A stretch of 64,000 bases of DNA from Octopus bimaculoides (GCF_001194135.2 NC_068983.1:11455035-11519034); one strand, 5' to 3'. Shown: positions 13,174 to 26,977, counted from the first letter of the stretch. The notes: generated by a model not told the origin, from the sequence alone. Program-made: numbers and translations.

Positions 13174-13310
13174 CTGTGATCTGAAGAGAGACTGTGCTGA
13201 TGTTGGCGGTATAAATTACTGCATAATGGCAGGCCAGCTGTTTCTGGGTATGAGCTAAAGCAACTGACAAATTCAACCTATACTGGTACACCTTTTTATA
13301 TTTAGGAGAG
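13174..13310 (-). other. Orphan 137-nt exon with an open frame (SPKYKKVYQYRLNLSVALAHTQKQLACHYAVIYTANISTVSLQIT)
   Basis: Acceptor atattttctttatttAG and donor ACAG|GTAAGA. One frame is open throughout (phase 2-1); no homolog recognised. Confidence 0.45.
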
Positions 13311-13712
13311 CTAAATAAAGAAAATATGGAAGCAGTTAATGACAGAAAAGAGAGAGGGTGAGACAGTGTTGCTTCTTAAAAAGATGGGTGTCAGCATCAG
13401 ATCAAATTTCTTCTCAACTTGATGCTCTTAGTAGATGGCCAGGCTAGAATGAAATAATCCAACAGGATGGTTTTATCCAGCTAGGCCTTCTGTGTGTGTG
13501 TGTGTGTGTGAGAGAGAGAGGGAGAGACTGTAAGAGTGAGAGAGAGTGTATGTAAGTGTATTAGTGTGTATATATATATATCAAGGCATGAGTAAACATA
13601 AATATTTATGAGTGTTATGTGTATGTATGAGTGTTATGTATGTATGTGTTTGTATGCAATTGTCAGTGTGTGCATAAGTGCAAGTGCTTTTGAGAGAGAA
13701 AGAGAGAAATTA

Positions 13713-13748
<36 letters not shown>

Positions 13749-13801
13749 GCGTGTAAAAACTGCCTGTTGAAGGTAGTTTTCTCTTGTATTTAAATGTACA
13801 C

Positions 13802-13835
<34 letters not shown>

Positions 13836-14302
13836 NNNNNNNNNNNNNNNNNNNNNNNNNNNNNNNNNNNNNNNNNNNNNNNNNNNNNNNNNNNNNNNNN
13901 NNNNNNNNNNNNNNNNNNNNNNNNNNNNNNNNNNNNNNNNNNNNNNNNNNNNNNNNNNNNNNNNNNNNNNNNNNNNNNNNNNNNNNNNNNNNNNNNNNNN
14001 NNNNNNNNNNNNNNNNNNNNNNNNNNNNNNNNNNNNNNNNNTTTTGATACACACAGAACAAAAAACAGTAGAGAAGAGTAAAAAAACACTTGCCTTTAGT
14101 TAATTTAGTACGATCGTTTCACAGTTAAGAGTAAAGAATACTCTATTCTGATCTTCAGCCAAATATTCTAATACTGTCAATCCCTATATATTTATGATTA
14201 TAAATGTTTTTTACCGAAAAAGGTTTTTTCATACTGAGCTACCCGGCAAAATTGTTAATTATTAATTTTATTACTAATTGACGATTCCCTGCCCTGCATA
14301 TC

Positions 14303-14350
<48 letters not shown>

Positions 14351-14717
14351 CAGGCAGACAGATGTATAGATAAATAGAGAGAGAGAAGATAAGAGCTAAG
14401 AGTAGAGAAGCGAATGAGAGGTAGAGAAATGTAATATGAGATTTGTTTGTTCAGGTTAGCAGCCCATGAATATCCCATGATAGCTTCTGTAGCCCATGAT
14501 GTTTACATCACCTGCAAGGGGCATGAGTAGGCGTTCTGATGATGCCATTACAATGATTTACTTCACCCTGTCATGATCACAACAACTATTATCATAATCC
14601 CAGATAATCAAACATATACATTTACACACACACACAAACAAACACATACGTCATTTATACATACATACTCACACTCAAAAATATATGTACATATATACAC
14701 ATATAAGAGAGTGTGTG

Positions 14718-14812
<95 letters not shown>

Positions 14813-14847
14813 ATGTTTATATGTATATGTCTATACATATATGTACG

Positions 14848-14892
<45 letters not shown>

Positions 14893-15135
14893 GTATATGC
14901 ATATTTGTATGTATGTATATGTATGTGTGTGAATGCACACACACATACATACACTTGTATTTTAGGTGCAGGCATGATTGTATGGTTAAGCACTTCGCTT
15001 TGCAGTCACATGGTTTGGTTTTGGGTTCAATTCCACGGGGTAAATGTCTTCTACTGTAGCCTTGAGCCAACCAATCTCAAGTGAGTGAATTCGGTATACA
15101 CACACACACACACACACACTATATATATATGTATA

Positions 15136-15191
<56 letters not shown>

Positions 15192-15354
15192 ATGGAAACT
15201 TGTTCATTCTCAAAATTTATTTCCTTTTATTATGCAGATAAACAAATTAGATACATCAAATGTATTAAATATATTATTCTGTGTATGTAATACATGTAAA
15301 ATGAGAGAAAGCAAAAGGTGGAGACTTAGAGATGATGAATTTTTAAGTATAAAC

Positions 15355-15728
15355 ATATAGATATTTATATAAATAGGTCCAACTTACACAGAGTACAAAT
15401 GACTAAGAAAATTAAATGGATGGAAGAAAGGAGTTATAAGTCCAACAGCTGTTTCTGTGGGCTTGGCAATCCATAATAATGTTGGTAAATTTTGTTGAAC
15501 TTCTCTGCATTAAGATCTGAAATGTATGATCTTCTCTACCCTGACGATGGGGGCTCATCTCAGTCAATGTTAACTGCATCCATACGACTGCTTATTGTGA
15601 TGAACTAAATCTACCAACATTATTATGGATTGTTGAGCCCACACAAACAGCTGTTTCTTCCACCCATTTAATTTTCTTTGTCATTTGTAATTTTTGTAAG
15701 TTGGACTTATTAATATAAATATCTATAT
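15355..15728. repeat. Foldback element: arms of about 120-135 bp around a spacer of about 110 bp
   Basis: 15355-15492 matches the reverse complement of 15606-15728 (e.g. GTCCAACTTACA, CAATCCATAATAATGTTGGTA). Confidence 0.85.
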
Positions 15729-15819
15729 ATTCATATTTAAAAATTAATCATCTGAAAGTCTCCATCTTTTGATTTTATCTTGTTTTGCATGTATACATCG
15801 TCATTATCAACATCATTGT

Positions 15820-16270
15820 TTAACGTCTGCTTTCCATGCTAGCATGGGTTGGACGATTTGACAGGACTGGCAAACTAGATGGCTGCACCAGGCTCCAATC
15901 TGATCTGGCAGAGTTTCTACAGCTGGATGCCCTTCTTAACGCCAACCACTTTGAGAGTGTAGTGGGTACTTTTACGTGCCACCGGTATGAAGGCCAGTCA
16001 GGCGGTACTGGCAACGGCCACGCTCAAAATGGTGTTTTTTACATGCCACCTGCACAAGAGCTAGTCCAGCGGCACTAGCAATGAACTTGCTCGAATGATT
16101 TTCTAACGTGCCAGTAAGGCTGGTAACGATCATGCTCAAATGGTGCTATTTACGTGCCACTAGCACGGAAGCCAGACAGCTGCTCTGGCAATGATCACAC
16201 TCGGATGGTGCTGTTAGTGCTCCACTGGCACAGGTGCCGGTCATCGAATATGGTTCATCAAATATGGTTC
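15820..16270 (-). mobile_element. RTE-tailed non-autonomous retroelement (GGTTGGCGTTAGGAAGGGCATCCAGCTG...(GAT)n)
   Basis: Same family at 1621-1860, 9225-9420, 10620-10810, 21300-21510, 22225-22590, 39460-40090 and 53150-53320. Carries internal GCACCATTTGAGC subrepeats. Confidence 0.85.
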
Positions 16271-16656
16271 AATTNNNNNNNNNNNNNNNNNNNNNNNNNN
16301 NNNNNNNNNNNNNNNNNNNNNNNNNNNNNNNNNNNNNNNNNNNNNNNNNNNNNNNNNNNNNNNNNNNNNNNNNNNNNNNNNNNNNNNNNNNNNNNNNNNN
16401 NNNNNNNNNNNNNNNNNNNNNNNNNNNNNNNNNNNNNNNNNNNNNNNNNNNNNNNNNNNNNNNNNNNNNNNNNNNNNNNNNNNNNNNNNNNNNNNNNNNN
16501 NNNNNNNNNNNNNNNNNNNNNNNNNNNNNNNNNNNNNNNNNNNNNNNNNNNNNNNNNNNNNNNNNNNNNNNNNNNNNNNNNNNNNNNNNNNNNNNNNNNN
16601 NNNNNNNNNNNNNNNNNNNNNNNNNNNATATATATATGTATATATATATATATTTA

Positions 16657-16812
16657 TCTCTGAGTGGTTGGCGTTAGGAAGGGCATCCAGCTGTAGAAAC
16701 TCTGCCAAATCAGACTGGAGCCTGGTGTTGCCATCCGGTTTCACCAGTCCTCAGTCAAATTGTCCAACCCATGCTAGCATGGAAAGCAGACGTTAAACAA
16801 TGATGATGATGA
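16657..16812 (+). mobile_element. RTE-tailed element, 3' end with (GAT)n tail
   Basis: Near-identical to 19022-19178 and 59230-59390. Confidence 0.85.
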
Positions 16813-17079
16813 TGTATGTATATATAGATGCAATATAGTGGTAAGAAACTCTTAAGAGAGTTGAACAGTAGAAGGTCTTCATAGAAGAAATCTCAGTTGG
16901 ACAAGTGTTTCAGTTCTTAACTTCTTACACTCTAAGGGGGCTCAGACATCTGGGTGCCCTTCTTCTGACACTTTTTAGCCACTTGGATTACTATTTTGAT
17001 TGAGTCAGTCAAAAACTGAATGAAGCCCATTGTGTACTTGTGTGTGTCATTGTTTTTGTTCACATTTGTGCTTGTCTAA

Positions 17080-17560
17080 AAATTACTGAACTACAAACAG
17101 TGGCTTTGTTGTCATTTCTCCTCTCAGCAAATCATTTGTTGCCAATGCTGATGCTGCTATACATTTTGCTGAGTATGACGGTTTCATGCATTGCTGGATT
17201 GACTATGCAAGGTGCAAGCCTGTGCCCCTATTCTATCAGACATTTCAATCATTTCAGTGACCATCCCTGTTCACATATCCTTATGCTTACATGATGTTGA
17301 CTAGAATGGCTTGGATTTCTGTTTGGCCTGCTTAAATAAGACCCTCTTTCTCTTATGTATTCTCAACATTTAGAAACTTCACATAATTGCACTTCTAGGT
17401 CACTTTTTCAACACCAGTAGGAGCAAGTGTGCTGTTATCAGTTCGTGCACACTTCACCCAATAATGCTTTGATTTTCTCTCATACAGTATTTTGCAATCT
17501 GGAATATGTTATTCCTCTGGTCTTCTTGTCACAGAAACACTGACAAACCGTTTACTGTTT
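17080..17560 (-). mobile_element. Heavily decayed LINE reverse-transcriptase fragment
   Basis: Weak remnants resembling the 'GIRQG..LAP' region; many stops. Confidence 0.4.
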
Positions 17561-17712
17561 GCTTTTCCAAAATTGCAACTGTGCAAATTAAATTGTGGCT
17601 GAGTTCTTGTTTGTATATAATAGATTAATAGCTCTAAGTTACCAAACATCTCTATATACACACACTCAAACAAATGATACATACATACACACACACACAC
17701 ATGTATATAGCT

Positions 17713-18110
17713 AAATCACATGATCTGACAGTTCCGGCAGTTGTAGTAGATGGTTCTTGACTATCAACAATATAATTACAATTCCTCTCAAGTTAAATAA
17801 TGGAGTATTCTGTGATCTAACACAACCTCCTCATTAAGGTGGATATCAAGATTTCCTTTTGGTACTGTTTCTGTTGTTAGACACTGATATTCTATACATT
17901 GTTGATGGAAGATTCAGCTGTTATATCACTGCTGGATATCTGTCACTGATGAGCCTATAGCAGGACGAAATCACATAATCTGGCAGCTGTAGTAGATGGT
18001 TCTCATCTACCAACAATAAAATTACGAGTACTTTTATGCATCATGAGTCTATATGAGAGATCTTCTCAAGGCAAACAACACAATATTCTGTGTTCCATTG
18101 TAAAGGAGGA
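17713..18110. repeat. Degenerate direct repeat, period about 256 bp
   Basis: AAATCACAT.ATCTG...GTAGTAGATGGTTCT...CAACAATA.AATTAC at 17713 and 17969. Confidence 0.6.
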
Positions 18111-18219
18111 AGTGAGCAATATTAAGAGTAGTGCATGACTGAATCAGTAGGGGTAGGATCTAATGTTTATGGGTAGTGCAAGAAACTGCTGAGCCAAGGA
18201 AACTATATTGCAATATATT

Positions 18220-18790
18220 GTGGAAAATGGAGGCCAGCCAAGTTGCATTGGCTTGGTGGATCTTCTCTAGCTCAATGTCCTACTACTTGTTGCAGTTCTA
18301 TGTTATCTCATTTGTGAAGTTCAGCCTCTTGAGATCAGCCTTCACCATTTCTTTCCATGTTTTCATCTTCTACAAATTCCTTCCACTTGGAATTTCTTTA
18401 CCAAACTATCTTCATCCATTTATCTCATATGTCTGACTACAGTCTCCTGTCTTGTATCTGATTCCTCTTACATCCCCTTGTTTTCTCAGTTCATTTACAC
18501 ATTGTCTGGAGCATGTTCCCTCCATATTTTTCCCAGCCTTTGCATATTTTCTGACTTCAGTGCTCATGTTTTGCTACCATGTAGCATTAAACTTCATATA
18601 TATAAGCATCATCATTTATAGAATCATTTTGTCGCCAGAAGAGATAATAACTCCTTGAACTTTTCACACCCTGCTCTTACATTGGCTACCATGCTTTCTC
18701 GAACATCCACCTCTGATGTTAATGAGGTCACCTAAGTAACAGAGGTTATCACTAAAGAGCCTGCCAAGCATTTGAAAGAATTTGAGGTTT
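18220..18790 (-). mobile_element. Decayed RTE-like LINE, post-RT region
   Basis: Remnants 'CYLGDLI..RGGC', 'KFKELL.LLATK', 'MLHGS.T', 'KTWKEMVKADL'. Confidence 0.7.
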
Positions 18791-19021
18791 CCTAAACATA
18801 TGTGTAGGTATAGCTGTGTAGTTAATGATTTTGGCTTCAGTCTCACTGTGCAGCACCTTGAGCATGTGTCTTCTGCTATAGCCCTGGGTTGATCAATGCT
18901 TTGTGAGTGAATTTGGTAGACAGAAGCTATGTGGAAGCTAATAATTTATATATATATATATATATACATTTGTACTATTTTAATATTTATTACTTTGTAC
19001 TTTTTTGATTTTTATTATAGA

Positions 19022-19178
19022 TCTCTGAGTGGTTGGCGTTAGGAAGGGCATCCAGCTGTAGAAACTCTGCCAAATCAGACTGGAGCCTGGTGTTGCCATC
19101 CGGTTTCACCAGTCCTCAGTCAAATCGTCCAACCCATGCTAGCATGGAAAGCGGACGTTAAACGATGATGATGATGAT
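19022..19178 (+). mobile_element. RTE-tailed element, 3' end
   Basis: CTCTGAGTGGTTGGCGTTAGGAAGGG...GGACGTTAAACGATGATGATGATG. Confidence 0.85.
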
Positions 19179-19899
19179 TGTGGATTTTCATGGATGAATT
19201 CAATAATTGTGGGTTTTTTTTCTAAATTATATATTTATATATTATATATTGTGAAATTTAATTTAATTTTAATTTTGATAAATTAAATTGAATTTTTCCC
19301 TGTAAATTTGGATTTTTAATCCCTAATATTATTATCATAATTATATATCATTTCATTTTATTTTTCATTTTATCTAGTTTCAGCTCATGAGCTGTGGCCA
19401 TGCTGGGGCACCGCCATTTGTATATATATATATATATGTATTTGTGTATACATCTATATGTGTGTGTCTTTGTGCTTGTTCCCATCTCTACTGCTTGACA
19501 ACTGATGTTTGTTTGTTTGTTTACGTCCCTATAACTTAGTGGTTCAGCAAAAGAGAACCAAGAAAACAAGTAGCAGACTTAAAAGACAAGACTGGAGTTG
19601 ATTTGTTCATCTACAAAACATTGAAGGTGGTGCCCCAGCATGACTGCAGTCCAGTGACTGAAACAAGTAAAAATTAAAAGGTGTTCTAACCACTAATTAC
19701 TCCTTTATTTTCATTTGCTACATTTGAAATCTGACTTCATTGTTAGCTTGCCTGTAATCTCACTACCCCTCTCATGCACCTACAGTTCATATGGGGTACA
19801 CTATATAAAATTCTTACATTCTGCATATTGGACAGCCATTTTTTAGGGGTCAATGGAGTGCTATCTTCTCTCATGCTAATCTATTTAAAAATGATTATA

Positions 19900-20276
19900 T
19901 TCTTTTACTTGTTTCAGTCATTTGACTGTGGCCATGCTGGAGCACCGCCTTTAGTCGAGCAAATCGACCCCAGAACTTATTTTTGTAAGCCTAGTACTTA
20001 TTCTATCGGTCTCTTTTTGTTGAACCGCTAAGTTACGGGGACATAAACACACCAGCATCAGTTGTCAAGCGATGGTGGGGGGACAAACACATACTTATAT
20101 ACATACATATATACGATGGGCTTCTTTCAGTTTCCGTCTACCAAATCCACTCACAAGGCTTTGGTCGGCCTGAGGCTATAGTAGAAGACACTTACCCAAG
20201 GTGCCACGCAGTGGGACTGAACCCGGAACCATGTGGTTGGTAAGCAAGCTACTTACCACACAGCCACTCCTGCGCC
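19900..20276 (-). mobile_element. SINE family A, full length
   Basis: Reverse complement of the 12546 and 60322 copies. Confidence 0.9.
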
Positions 20277-21529
20277 TATATGGTGATGAAGCCAAAATTA
20301 TTCCAATACCTAATATTATTGTCATCATTTTAGCAAGAACAGGAGACAACTCTGGACATGTTTCAGTCTTAGACCTCAACAGTGACAAACAAGATCCATC
20401 ATACTTGCTCAGATGTACAATATTGTCATGGCAATTAAGACATTTTCTTATGAGCTTTCAATTATCTTTTTTTTTAATGCTCACTACATTGATTATGTTA
20501 ACACTAATTTAGCTATTGTTTTTCAAGCAGAAGACATCTCTGAGTAATTTGCTCATAGAATCAACATTTTTGAGATAATTTCTCTGCTTACTCAATTAAA
20601 ACAGTTTCCTAAATGTTAAGTTAATTGCTTATTAGTAAATTGGCAAAGTCATTAGGGCATCAGGTAGAAAGCCTTGTGGTAATCATTTGGCGTCCCTTCA
20701 CTCTGAGCCCAAATTCTGTCAGTGTCAGCTTTGCTATTCTTTCTCAAAAAAGATTGGTTATGTTTGGATGTGGAGGACACTAGGTTCTGCTAGGTTTAAA
20801 ATGCTTCAAATGTGCTGTATGCCATGATGGTGTCACTATGACTCCATTAGGAGCTAATAATTGACGGAAGAAATATTTATTGTGGATTCTTTTTATTCTG
20901 ACTTAACCTCTTAGTTTTTTCCTCTTTATCTTTCTTTGAAGCTTATTTATATATGTATGTGTGTGTGTGTGTGTGCATGCAAGTTTTTGTTTGTGTGTGT
21001 GTGTATGTATGTGTGTATGTTTTGTTGATAATTATTTAAATTTTTCCTCTAAGGAAGGAGCTGGTTTCTAACAAAGACACAAAGCTCCTTTGTTGGAATG
21101 TATATGACTTAATGTCACATTCTAAACTTGAGAAAAGTCTTGTATATTTTTACTGTTCTGCTTATAGACTGCATTTATAATGAGTGAATCAGTTGGTTGA
21201 TTTCTTTTTCTGAAAACCTTAGATTATCAGGATCATTACTTAGGCATTTACTCACAAGACCAAATGTATCAATTATTATTGGTATAAATCATCATCATCA
21301 TCATCGTCGTCGTTTAACGTCCGCTTTCCATGCTAGCATGGGTTGGACGATTTGACTGAGGATTGGTGAACCAGATGGTTGCACCAGGCTCCAATTTCAT
21401 CTGGCAGAGCTTCTACAGTTGGATACCCTTCCTAACACCAACCACTCTAAGAGTGTAGTGGGTGCTTTCACGTGCCACCAGCACGAGGGCCAGTCACATG
21501 GTACTGGCAATGGGTGAATTTATAATCTG

Positions 21530-21960
21530 CAAGTTTCAAAGCAGTTGTCCATAATTATCCTCTTTCTCTTTGATTTTCAAAGAGCTATTCACATCAGCAG
21601 AACAGCTGACCTTTATGATGGTACATACATTTTATAGTTTGTCCCAAACAGCAATATCCAGCCAGTTAGGTTTACATATGGCAGATGTTTTGATGGGAAT
21701 GTTCCACTAGTGTCCCTTGTGTTAATGTCTGTGTATGTATTCAATAACAGGGTGATTCTCTATATTTATTCCAGGACAGTCTTTTTTCCAGATGGCATTG
21801 TATATTGTATTTGTGACATCATGTTGCATAGGGAGGTAGTACCTTGGTGACATTCTTGGGCAGCTGCTAATCCCATGTGTAATGTCTTCCACAGAAATAT
21901 GACATAATCTACATTTTCGGTTGCATCTTGGAACTTCCAAAGGCTTCAGTGTCTCTTTTG
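21530..21960 (-). mobile_element. Fragment of an RLE-type non-LTR retrotransposon (CCHC zinc knuckle plus restriction-like endonuclease)
   Basis: CRLC...EDITHGISSC...HDV, followed by WNIPIKT..CKPNWLDIAVWD...IIKVSC.ADVN...KEKEDNY; decayed. Confidence 0.75.
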
Positions 21961-23168
21961 TTTAGTATGTATTTCATAGCAATCTCCTGTTCTTGGATTC
22001 TAGATGCATGTATGTGTGTAAGTGCGCATCATAGCTACATATTTTACATATTTATTCTAGAGTTGATGCATCAAGACTACCAAAAATACTTTTATGATTA
22101 ATCTGGCTACACATCATTTAGACATATTGGTATTCCCATAGTTATTTAACAATATATATAGATATATATACATGTGTGTATATATATATATATACATGTG
22201 TATATATCTATCTACCTCTCTCATCGTCATCATCATTTAACGTCTGTTTTCCATGCTGCCATAGGTTGGACTGGGGTCTGGCAAGCCAGGAGGCTGCACC
22301 AGGCTCCAATCCGATCTGGCAATGTTTCTCCTGCTGGATGCCCTTCCTAATGCCAACCACTCCGAGAGTGTAGTGGGTGCTTTTTATGTGCCACAGGCAC
22401 AGGAGCCAGTCGGGGCAAGGGGGCTGGCATCGACCATGTTCGGATGGTGTATTTTACATGCCACCAGCACAGGAGCCAGTCAGGCGGCACTGGCATTGAC
22501 CACATTTGGATAGTGCTTTTTACGTACCACCAGCACAGGAGCATTTCGGGACGAGGGGGTTGGCATTGACCATATTCAGATGGTGCTTTAAATATATGAA
22601 ATTATTGAATAGGACCTCCATTACTTGAAAAATAAGGCTTAGTGACAGCTTGAGTATCTGACTTTAAAACAGTGTCTTAATAACAAATTCATCTAAGCCA
22701 TGCTTGCATGGAAAAACAGGCATATACTAATGTGGAGATTTTAAAAGGGTTAATAAATTGAGAAATAACTGATTATTATTATTAGGCTATTAATGACAGG
22801 AGAGAAATAAAGCTCAGTCTAAATATGGAATTAAATGTATAATGTTTGTTGTCTTTAATATTTGTTTTCAAGGCAGTGAGCTTGGCAGAATTGTTAGAGC
22901 ATTGGGTAAAATGCTTTGCAGTATTTGTTCTGGCTCTTTACATTCTGAGTTCAAATCCTGCTGGGGTCAACTTTACCTTTCATTCTTTGGGGTTGATAAA
23001 ATAATGTACTAGTCAAATACTGGGGTTGATAATATCAAACTACCCTTTCTCCTCAAAATTGCTGTCCTTGTGTCTAAGTCAGAGACCATTACTGTTTGCT
23101 TCATTCCAACATTTCAAATATTATCAGTGTGAAATATTATCTGGCAAAGAAAGGTATTTAAATAAATA

Positions 23169-23443
23169 GCATTCTGTATATCTTACTTAATGTGGATATG
23201 CTATAAGGAAGCCACAATACTGCAGTATTTGTCTTGAGAAAGCATTTTGTATAGATGTATAGGACTAAAAAGCACTGAAGTGTGTCACTAGTAGATGCAA
23301 AGCATCCAGCAGTGGTGATGCTACTGATGTATAGTGCAATTTTGTAGCACTATGCATCTATACAAGATGCTATTTCAAGATAAATGTCACAATATTGTGG
23401 CTTCCTCACAGTATATCTACATTAAGTAAGATATACAAAATGC
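23169..23443. repeat. Foldback element: arms of about 95 bp, spacer of about 85 bp
   Basis: GCATTCTGTATATCTTACTTAATGTGGATAT...GGAAGCCACAATA pairs with TATTGTGGCTTCC...ATATCTACATTAAGTAAGATATACAAAATGC. Confidence 0.85.
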
Positions 23444-25732
23444 AATTCTGAGCTAATACTACTTACATTGCTTATAATAAATTTAAATAAATGATTATTG
23501 CTTATTTTTGTTGTGTATGAATGGGAATTTAAAACAACAATTAGTTTGGTAAGGCTGCTAATCAAGGTTTGAGGTATAAAATAGTCTCCTGTGGTAATTT
23601 ACTTTGATTTTTCTCTCACCAATTTCTAGCATAAAATTTGATGTTGTCAAGAATTGTATTTGCAACAGACATGTAACTACAGAAAACACATTGAACTACT
23701 GGAAAAGCTCATCAATATAGAAATAATTTGGAATCCTAAAGGACTGGGCTGGTTGTGAACAAATCAATGTTTGTTGGAGTTAAAGTCCAGTAAATACTTA
23801 TTCCTAGGCCACAGGTTAAAGCCTTGTTGCAGACAATGTCTTGTGTCATTGAGAGAGGTATTTATTCTAACATCTCAAGTAGTCTACCCAGTTACTGGAA
23901 TAAGATTAGATGTTCATCTACAAAACACTGACTGAAACAAATATAAATATTTACACACCCAGCTTATGAATGCTAGGATGGTAAATAAACATAAAACAAC
24001 GAAATAAAATAAAATTAAAGCAGCTGAATATTTACAGAAAGGAAAGAATTATACAAGAGACAAATACAATGAAGAAGATTTAACAGACAGACACTTTTAG
24101 GTCTAACTTTTCCTTTTTCCTACAGATATATTTTTGATGACCTCATCTGATAATAAATTTTGTTGATATCAACTGTTTTTGATTTTTTTTTAATATTTAA
24201 ATATTCTAATAATTATTCTAATAAATATTCTAATAAATTATTCTAATAATTATTGGATAAATTAAGTCATATACTCTTTGACTATAAATTGAAAAATTAA
24301 AAAATTTCTGAATATCAATTATCGTTTTATATCAACATGTTAAATTGGCTCTATTATTAGCATTTGAATAAAGGAGATGAACTGGCAGAATCATTAGTGC
24401 ATAGGAGAAAATGCTTTGCAATAGTTGATCTTTATGTCCTGAGTTCAAAATTGTTTTTCATCACCCTCTTGGGTCAATGAAATAAAGTGTCAGTTATGTG
24501 CTGGAGACAATGGTATTAACTAACTCTCTTACCCTAAATACCAGGCCTTATGTCTATGTTAGAAACAGTAATTAATGTTGAATTTGAAAGATCCTCACCA
24601 TTTTCCCATGATTATATATATATATGTATATATGTTTATATATATATATGGTTATAGATTCTCCTGTTGATTTTGATGTATAAGAATCTAAGAGCATTGT
24701 TTTCTTCTCCTTTTGTTTTAATTTCAATGTCTATGTTTCTTATGAGAGTTTAATCCAGCCAACAATTTAAAAACTACATATACAATATATATGTATATGT
24801 ATATATACACACTCACACACACATGCACATACACATATTTAATAGTTCAATGTAGCTACAGTTAAAAACTATTGTTAAGATCCACAGAGCACACATATTT
24901 AGCAGTTAGTGAAGCAAAATTTCATTTATTTAATTCTTTCAGTTAACATAAAGACATTATAACAACTCCAGCAAGTTGCTAACTTTATTAATAAATAAGT
25001 TGTCCTTAAAAAGTAATACTAAAGAGACTAAAATATATATATTTATTACATAATTAACAGAAACATTTTTCATTTATTATATATAAATATATATATATAT
25101 AAATAAATATATATAAATATATATATATATAAATATATATATATAAATATATATATATAAATATATATNNNNNNNNNNNNNNNNNNNNNNNNNNNNNNNN
25201 NNNNNNNNNNNNNNNNNNNNNNNNNNNNNNNNNNNNNNNNNNNNNNNNNNNNNNNNNNNNNNNNNNNNNNNNNNNNNNNNNNNNNNNNNNNNNNNNNNNN
25301 NNNNNNNNNNNNNNNNNNNNNNNNNNNNNNNNNNNNNNNNNNNNNNNNNNNNNNNNNNNNNNNNNNNNNNNNNNNNNNNNNNNNNNNNNNNNNNNNNNNN
25401 NNNNNNNNNNNNNNNNNNNNNNNNNNNNNNNNNNNNNNNNNNNNNNNNNNNNNATATATATATATATATATATATATATAAATGCAACAAGACTGAGTAT
25501 CATCAATTCAATTTTTATACTTTCGTCTAGCTCAACCACAAAGTAAATTATGATTTGGCTGATATTTACAAGTCTAAATCACTTGGCCATTATGTAATCT
25601 TACTACACCAACTGGCTTACTGCCAACTTTAAACACACATCCATACACATGAAAACCTTATAAAAGTTGATATCTAATGTAGCTTAAAAAATAGTATTTT
25701 GTGTTATATATAATTCAGCGTTTAACATTTTG

Positions 25733-25764
<32 letters not shown>

Positions 25765-26619
25765 CCATCGGTCTGAATTTCTCATTGAGCAGTCATTAGG
25801 TGACGGCGTGTTAAAGTATTCTTTTCTAAAACTTGGCAAGAAACTCAGAGTAATGAAGCAATAAATTATAAATAGATAATATAACCACTAACTCCATGTA
25901 TTAAGTATTCTAGCATTTGTTTAAAAGTTCTATGGCATACCTACTGCACACATATATACGTAAGAGTACATGAGAATACATACATACAGATAACATATAA
26001 ATCTTCACACAAAATAACAAAACAATGCCTTCCCAGAAATAAAAATTCCATATTTAATATTAATAAACCCTGATATTCCATTCAATTCGCAATCATTAAT
26101 TTCATAATAACAAATTAATTAACATTTGAAAGGAAAGAAAAAAAAAAGTCAATGGAAGTCAAATGATATTTACATGTACTACAACAAGGCTTGCACAGAA
26201 TATGTAATGGAGGCATTTTTTTTCCAGCAGTTTCAACTGAAAAATGAAGAGATATTAAGTCAAAAGGCTTATTATTGATGGAGAGGATAGACTTAAGAAT
26301 CTGGTGGCACAATAGCAAGTGCTATCAAATATTGCAAATAGTTTGAACAGGAGCTGAATTTGGGAAATATTATTGCTGATTCTCCTCTCTAATTAACAAG
26401 GAAAACAGAGAAAAAACAACAACAATAGTAGTAACAAGACAAAGTAACAAATTTAAATAATAATTTTCCCCAGCGAACAACAAAAGTTGTATACTATGAA
26501 AATAGTATTTCTGATTATGAATGAATGAATGCAAAATTAACCAATTTTATATCAAAATAATAATTCAATTAATTGGAAAAAAAACAAAACAATGGTGTAT
26601 GTATCTTCAACAGATACAC

Positions 26620-26937
26620 ACACAAAATGTGTGTAGTATATTATATATACACACATACATATTTATATACACATACATATATATGTACACATAAATATAT
26701 ATACACACACATACACACACAGATATAGATATACATATACACACATACATATATATTTACAGACATACACATGAATATACATATAAATATATATGTATGT
26801 ATATATATATACATACAAGTATGTATATATATACATATAAATGTATGTATATATATATACATGTATGTATATGCATTTATATATACATGTATATGTATTT
26901 ATATATATATATATATATATACATGTACATATGTGTA

Positions 26938-26977
<40 letters not shown>

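Noticed and set aside
15836-16078. Recurrent ORFs such as 'RLQSDLAEFLQLDALPNANH' and '[26 protein letters not shown]'
   Set aside because: They are read from dispersed SINE and RTE-tail copies found many times in both orientations.
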